The notes below the pieces were generated by a model. It was given only the letters and a program-made list of their open reading frames with translations. It was not told the DNA's origin and ran no database searches. A program made the translations under genes and the position numbers. Shown here piece after piece: positions 29,237 through 32,000 of a stretch of 32,000 nt of DNA (positions are counted from its first letter, which is position 1; every line of letters starts with the position of its first letter). The DNA is from Candidatus Saccharimonadota bacterium (GTDB taxonomy: Bacteria > Patescibacteriota > Saccharimonadia > Saccharimonadales > Saccharimonadaceae): contig JAFWNF010000002.1 in NCBI GenBank assembly GCA_017510445.1, positions 20,294 to 52,293 of the forward strand, in the 5' to 3' direction.

Positions 29237-29670
29237 TTGTTAAACGTCTAGACAAATATACTCAAAAAGTCGCCGACGAGGTTCGCGCACTTTTGATTCA
29301 ACTTTCGCGCAGCGGCAAAGACCGTGGCGAGATTCCTAAAGAATGGTTTGAAGAATTAATCGCTTCGCCTTATCACGACATGATTTTAGCCGTCGAAGAC
29401 GAAAAAGTCGTTGGCATCGCGACAGTTTCGGTTCATATGGGACCAATTATCCGTAAAAATGTTTATCTGGAAGATTTTGTTACTGATTCGTCTGTTAGAG
29501 GCAAAGGCGTTGGCTCGGCAATATGGGCGGAAATTGAAAAATGGGGGAAAGAAAAAGGTTGTAATAACCTTGAATTTACTTGTGGTCAAGGTCGTGAAGC
29601 CGCTCAAGAATTCTATAAAAAACACGGTGCTTCAATTTATGAAACAAATTTCTTCCGCAAACAATTATAA
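29233..29670 (+). CDS. GNAT family N-acetyltransferase
   Basis: VYLEDFVTDSSVRGKGVGSAIWAEIEKWGKEKGCNNLEFTCGQGREAAQEFYKKHGA. Confidence 0.9.
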   Translation: MIVKRLDKYTQKVADEVRALLIQLSRSGKDRGEIPKEWFEELIASPYHDMILAVEDEKVVGIATVSVHMGPIIRKNVYLEDFVTDSSVRGKGVGSAIWAEIEKWGKEKGCNNLEFTCGQGREAAQEFYKKHGASIYETNFFRKQL

Positions 29671-29680
29671 GTGTTAAACA

Positions 29681-29701
29681 AAAAAGCTCCGAAATGGAGC
29701 A
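29681..29701 (-). terminator. Terminator-like hairpin oriented for a minus-strand transcript
   Basis: Minus strand reads TTGCTCC-atttc-GGAGC-TTTTTTG. The plus strand has no T-run after the stem. Confidence 0.6.
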
Positions 29702-29965
29702 ATTCTGAATCATGGAATTGGTAAGGGGCGAGAAGACTACCTTATTCGGTTATGCATGGTCATAGACTGGTGTATCGACCACCCCGAATACACGGCGAAG
29801 ATCAGGGTTATACCTAAGAAGGACTACCCAGTGCTGATGCCATGCGAGTTCTGAGATAAATATGGCAAAGAGATATTCGAACTTTTAAGAAAAATATGGC
29901 TCAATTGGAGCCGCAGAGGCTTAAAACAATGACAATGAAGAAAATAAAAGAAATACAATGTCAAT
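29702..29965. other. Unexplained structured intergenic locus (candidate ncRNA or decayed small ORF)
   Basis: Non-overlapping inverted pairs TATTCGG/CCGAATA, GTGTAT/ATACAC, GCATGG/CCATGC, AGTTC/GAACT and GGCTC/GAGCC; flanked by terminator-like hairpins. Confidence 0.35.
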
Positions 29966-29971
29966 GAAACA

Positions 29972-30002
29972 AAAAGCCGACCATACTAAGTAGCCGGCTT
30001 TA
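29972..30002 (-). terminator. Terminator of the beta-helix protein gene
   Basis: Minus strand: AAGCCG-gctacttagtatggt-CGGCTTTTTG. Confidence 0.6.
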
Positions 30003-30006
30003 TTGT

Positions 30007-31353
30007 TTATTTTACCTGAGTGCCATCCACGTAAAGTTTATAACCATTTGTATGGATATTGCTGTTTGTCGTATCGGCATTTGTGAGCGATTTAACATAA
30101 GTATCGCCCGTTAAAGTTATCGAGCTAGAACTGTCTAAGGTAAGCTCAACCTCGCCGGCATTATCGCTATTAATAGCACCGCTAAACGATGAACCACTAG
30201 CAAGATTCATTGTTAACTTCGAGATAGAATCTACAACGATATTACCGGTAGCCTTTTGATTAGTCATATTAAGCGTGACTGTACCGCCATTGCTACCGGA
30301 ATTACCCCAAGAATCTTTCTGGATCCTTAAGAAGTTGCCAGCATCATCGTTGTTTATAATCGCGTTATTCTCAAGGTTAATTTCCGCAGTGGTGTTCGTT
30401 ACGTAGAAGCTATCACCCTTATTGGTCGTGATGGTTGAGTTTTTGGCAGTAAAGACAGCTTTACCGGTTGCCGCGTCGCCACTCATAGATTGATAAAGGA
30501 AGATATTCTTATAAGTAGTAGATTGACCGTTGAGCGAGCTATTGGTGTCAGTCAAAGTTACATTTTCAAGCGTAATGCTATTCTTGCCCTCGATAATCGC
30601 GCCTTCAGAAGCAGTGGCGATTAGTGTGGCGTTCTTTACGGTAATATCTGCTGTAGAATAGATAGCCGGAGATCCTTTGCCAGTAGTCTTATAAGTACCC
30701 TTGTTTACCGTAACAGTCCCGCCGCCACGATCTGAACGAATCGCTGCGCTGGAAGTACCGGCTGTAGCAATAGTAAGGTTTTCAGCATTCATTACGCCAC
30801 CGCCAGTGGTCATAATACCACCAGAATTATCCTTACTTGTTGTAATGGTAGAATCGGAAATATTTACCGTAGTACCATCAGACGACGAATTATTGGTCGT
30901 AGCCGAACCGCCATAGCTAAATACACCATTAGCGCCAGTTGCGTCAGTTGTAATATTAGCATTTTTAATGGTTAAATTCGCACCACCCTTAGCGATAATA
31001 GCCGAGTTGGTGCCATAAAAACTAGTATTGTCGCCGCCGTCTGAATCACCAGTTTTAGTTACTGTAATTCCGGACAAAGTAGCTGTAATATCTCCAGATA
31101 CGGAAATGGCGTTCTCGTCGGCGTTAGATGATGAGAATTCACCACTTGTGATATCCTCGTTCGACGTAATCTCTTTAACTGCCGAGTAGGACGCGGATGA
31201 TGAACTGCCGCCACCATTCATTGCTGGTGCACTACCCCCACTAGTAGTATAGTTAGAGTTTACCGTATCTATAATCAAGAACCACAATACACCTAGAGTT
31301 ACAACCAAGGCGGCGATTATAGCGGCATATGTGATTTTATCTTTCTTGTTCAC
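30007..31353 (-). CDS. Surface-exposed, Ser/Thr/Asn-rich right-handed beta-helix protein (DUF4353 carbohydrate-binding-like)
   Basis: 448 aa; N-terminal TM, Ser/Gly linker, then repeating units (SAIIAKGGANLTIKNANITT, GGVMNAENLTIATAGTSSAAIRSDRGG, SPAIYSTADITVKNATLIATASEGAIIEGKNSITLENVTL). GTG start with GGAGG-type SD. Confidence 0.8.
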   Translation of the reverse strand: MNKKDKITYAAIIAALVVTLGVLWFLIIDTVNSNYTTSGGSAPAMNGGGSSSSASYSAVKEITSNEDITSGEFSSSNADENAISVSGDITATLSGITVTKTGDSDGGDNTSFYGTNSAIIAKGGANLTIKNANITTDATGANGVFSYGGSATTNNSSSDGTTVNISDSTITTSKDNSGGIMTTGGGVMNAENLTIATAGTSSAAIRSDRGGGTVTVNKGTYKTTGKGSPAIYSTADITVKNATLIATASEGAIIEGKNSITLENVTLTDTNSSLNGQSTTYKNIFLYQSMSGDAATGKAVFTAKNSTITTNKGDSFYVTNTTAEINLENNAIINNDDAGNFLRIQKDSWGNSGSNGGTVTLNMTNQKATGNIVVDSISKLTMNLASGSSFSGAINSDNAGEVELTLDSSSSITLTGDTYVKSLTNADTTNSNIHTNGYKLYVDGTQVK

Positions 31354-31373
31354 TATAATCTCCTTCCTTTTCT

Positions 31374-31655
31374 TCAGCTATTGCTCTCAGAACTATTTTC
31401 GTCGCTTGGTTTTTCTGGCGGAGTGCCACCTTGGCCGTTTGAGCCATTTTCACCACTTGGCATTTCTGGTGGAGTACCGCCACCGCCTGGCATTTGTTGT
31501 GATGATGATCCGCTAGCTGAACTACTAGTTCCTAAAGTCTTTGTATAAACAAAGAAAGCCGCAGTAGAAATAACTGCGCCCACTAATACACCAATTACGA
31601 AGAGTATGATTTTCTCTTTCGAGGTATCTTTCTTTTTAAGATTTTCGTTTTCCAT
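31374..31655 (-). CDS. Small TM protein with Pro/Gly/Glu-rich extracellular tail
   Basis: 93 aa; TM (IILFVIGVLVGAVISTAAFFVYT) followed by SSSQQMPGGGGTPPEMPSGENGSNGQGGTPPEKPSDENSSESNS; SD AAAGGAG. Confidence 0.75.
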   Translation of the reverse strand: MENENLKKKDTSKEKIILFVIGVLVGAVISTAAFFVYTKTLGTSSSASGSSSQQMPGGGGTPPEMPSGENGSNGQGGTPPEKPSDENSSESNS

Positions 31656-31800
31656 AAGCTTGTTCTCCTTTTAATTATTATACAATACCATTATCAACCG
31701 CTTTCCTGAAATAGAACTTAAAAGTAAGCAAAGAAATAATTTCAGTTTCGTTTGAGGTTAAAGGAGCAAAATTATATTATAATTAATTAAGGAGAATACT

Positions 31801-32000
31801 ATGAGAGTACTCTATGTAGAAGATGCGACTTTTCTGGCAGAGGCCGTGAAATTTAATCTAGAAAAACAGGGAATCATTGTTGATCTATCTAGCGATGGCG
31901 AAGATGGTCTAGAAAAAGCCTTAGATGATATTTATGATTGTGTGATTTTAGACATTATGTTGCCAAAATTTTCTGGTACTGACATTCTGAAACGCATGCG
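31801..32000 (+). CDS. OmpR-type response regulator, N-terminal receiver domain (truncated by window end)
   Basis: MRVLYVEDATFLAEAVKFNLEKQGIIVDLSSDGEDGLEKALDDIYDCVILDIMLPKFSGTDILKRM. Confidence 0.9.
   Translation, partial: MRVLYVEDATFLAEAVKFNLEKQGIIVDLSSDGEDGLEKALDDIYDCVILDIMLPKFSGTDILKRM

Noticed and set aside
29702-29965. tmRNA, RNase P RNA or SRP RNA as identity of the intergenic locus
   Set aside because: No tRNA-like ends, no GAGGAAAGUCC or SRP GGAAGG/GNRA signature recognised; 6S RNA could not be confirmed or excluded by eye.

Overview
The window looks like a compact chromosomal segment of a Candidatus Saccharibacteria/Patescibacteria-like genome. That placement is inferred from gene content, small gene sizes and streamlined enzymes; no database was searched. 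It carries partial pyk, then pgk, a divergent membrane pyrophosphatase, a CaCA-type Na+/Ca2+ exchanger, a lysozyme-like protein, an EamA permease and an SPFH + zinc-ribbon pair. Next comes an AT-rich AbrB/ABC-ATPase/ABC-permease block that looks foreign, tRNA-Gly, a DegV(FakB)-FakA-PlsY-glycosyltransferase lipid cluster, and a LemA-HtpX-membrane protein cluster. The rest is ligA, eno, a very small uvrC, secG, a membrane-anchored solute-binding protein, tRNA-Leu, two exported-protein loci, queH, glmM, a GNAT acetyltransferase, a beta-helix surface protein with a Pro/Gly-rich partner, and the start of an OmpR-type regulator. I see no CRISPR array, no rRNA and no clear novel multi-gene defence system. 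The most notable observations are: (i) a UvrC with no cysteines, no C-terminal HhH region and a missing middle domain; (ii) a LigA without the tetracysteine zinc finger; (iii) a tRNA-Gly whose invariant G19-C56 tertiary pair appears replaced by U19-A56; (iv) a recurring TATAAT-N6-ATG arrangement suggesting leaderless mRNAs; (v) a consensus promoter firing antisense into the eno 3' end with mutually exclusive hairpins; (vi) an unexplained structured locus at 29.69-29.97 kb.
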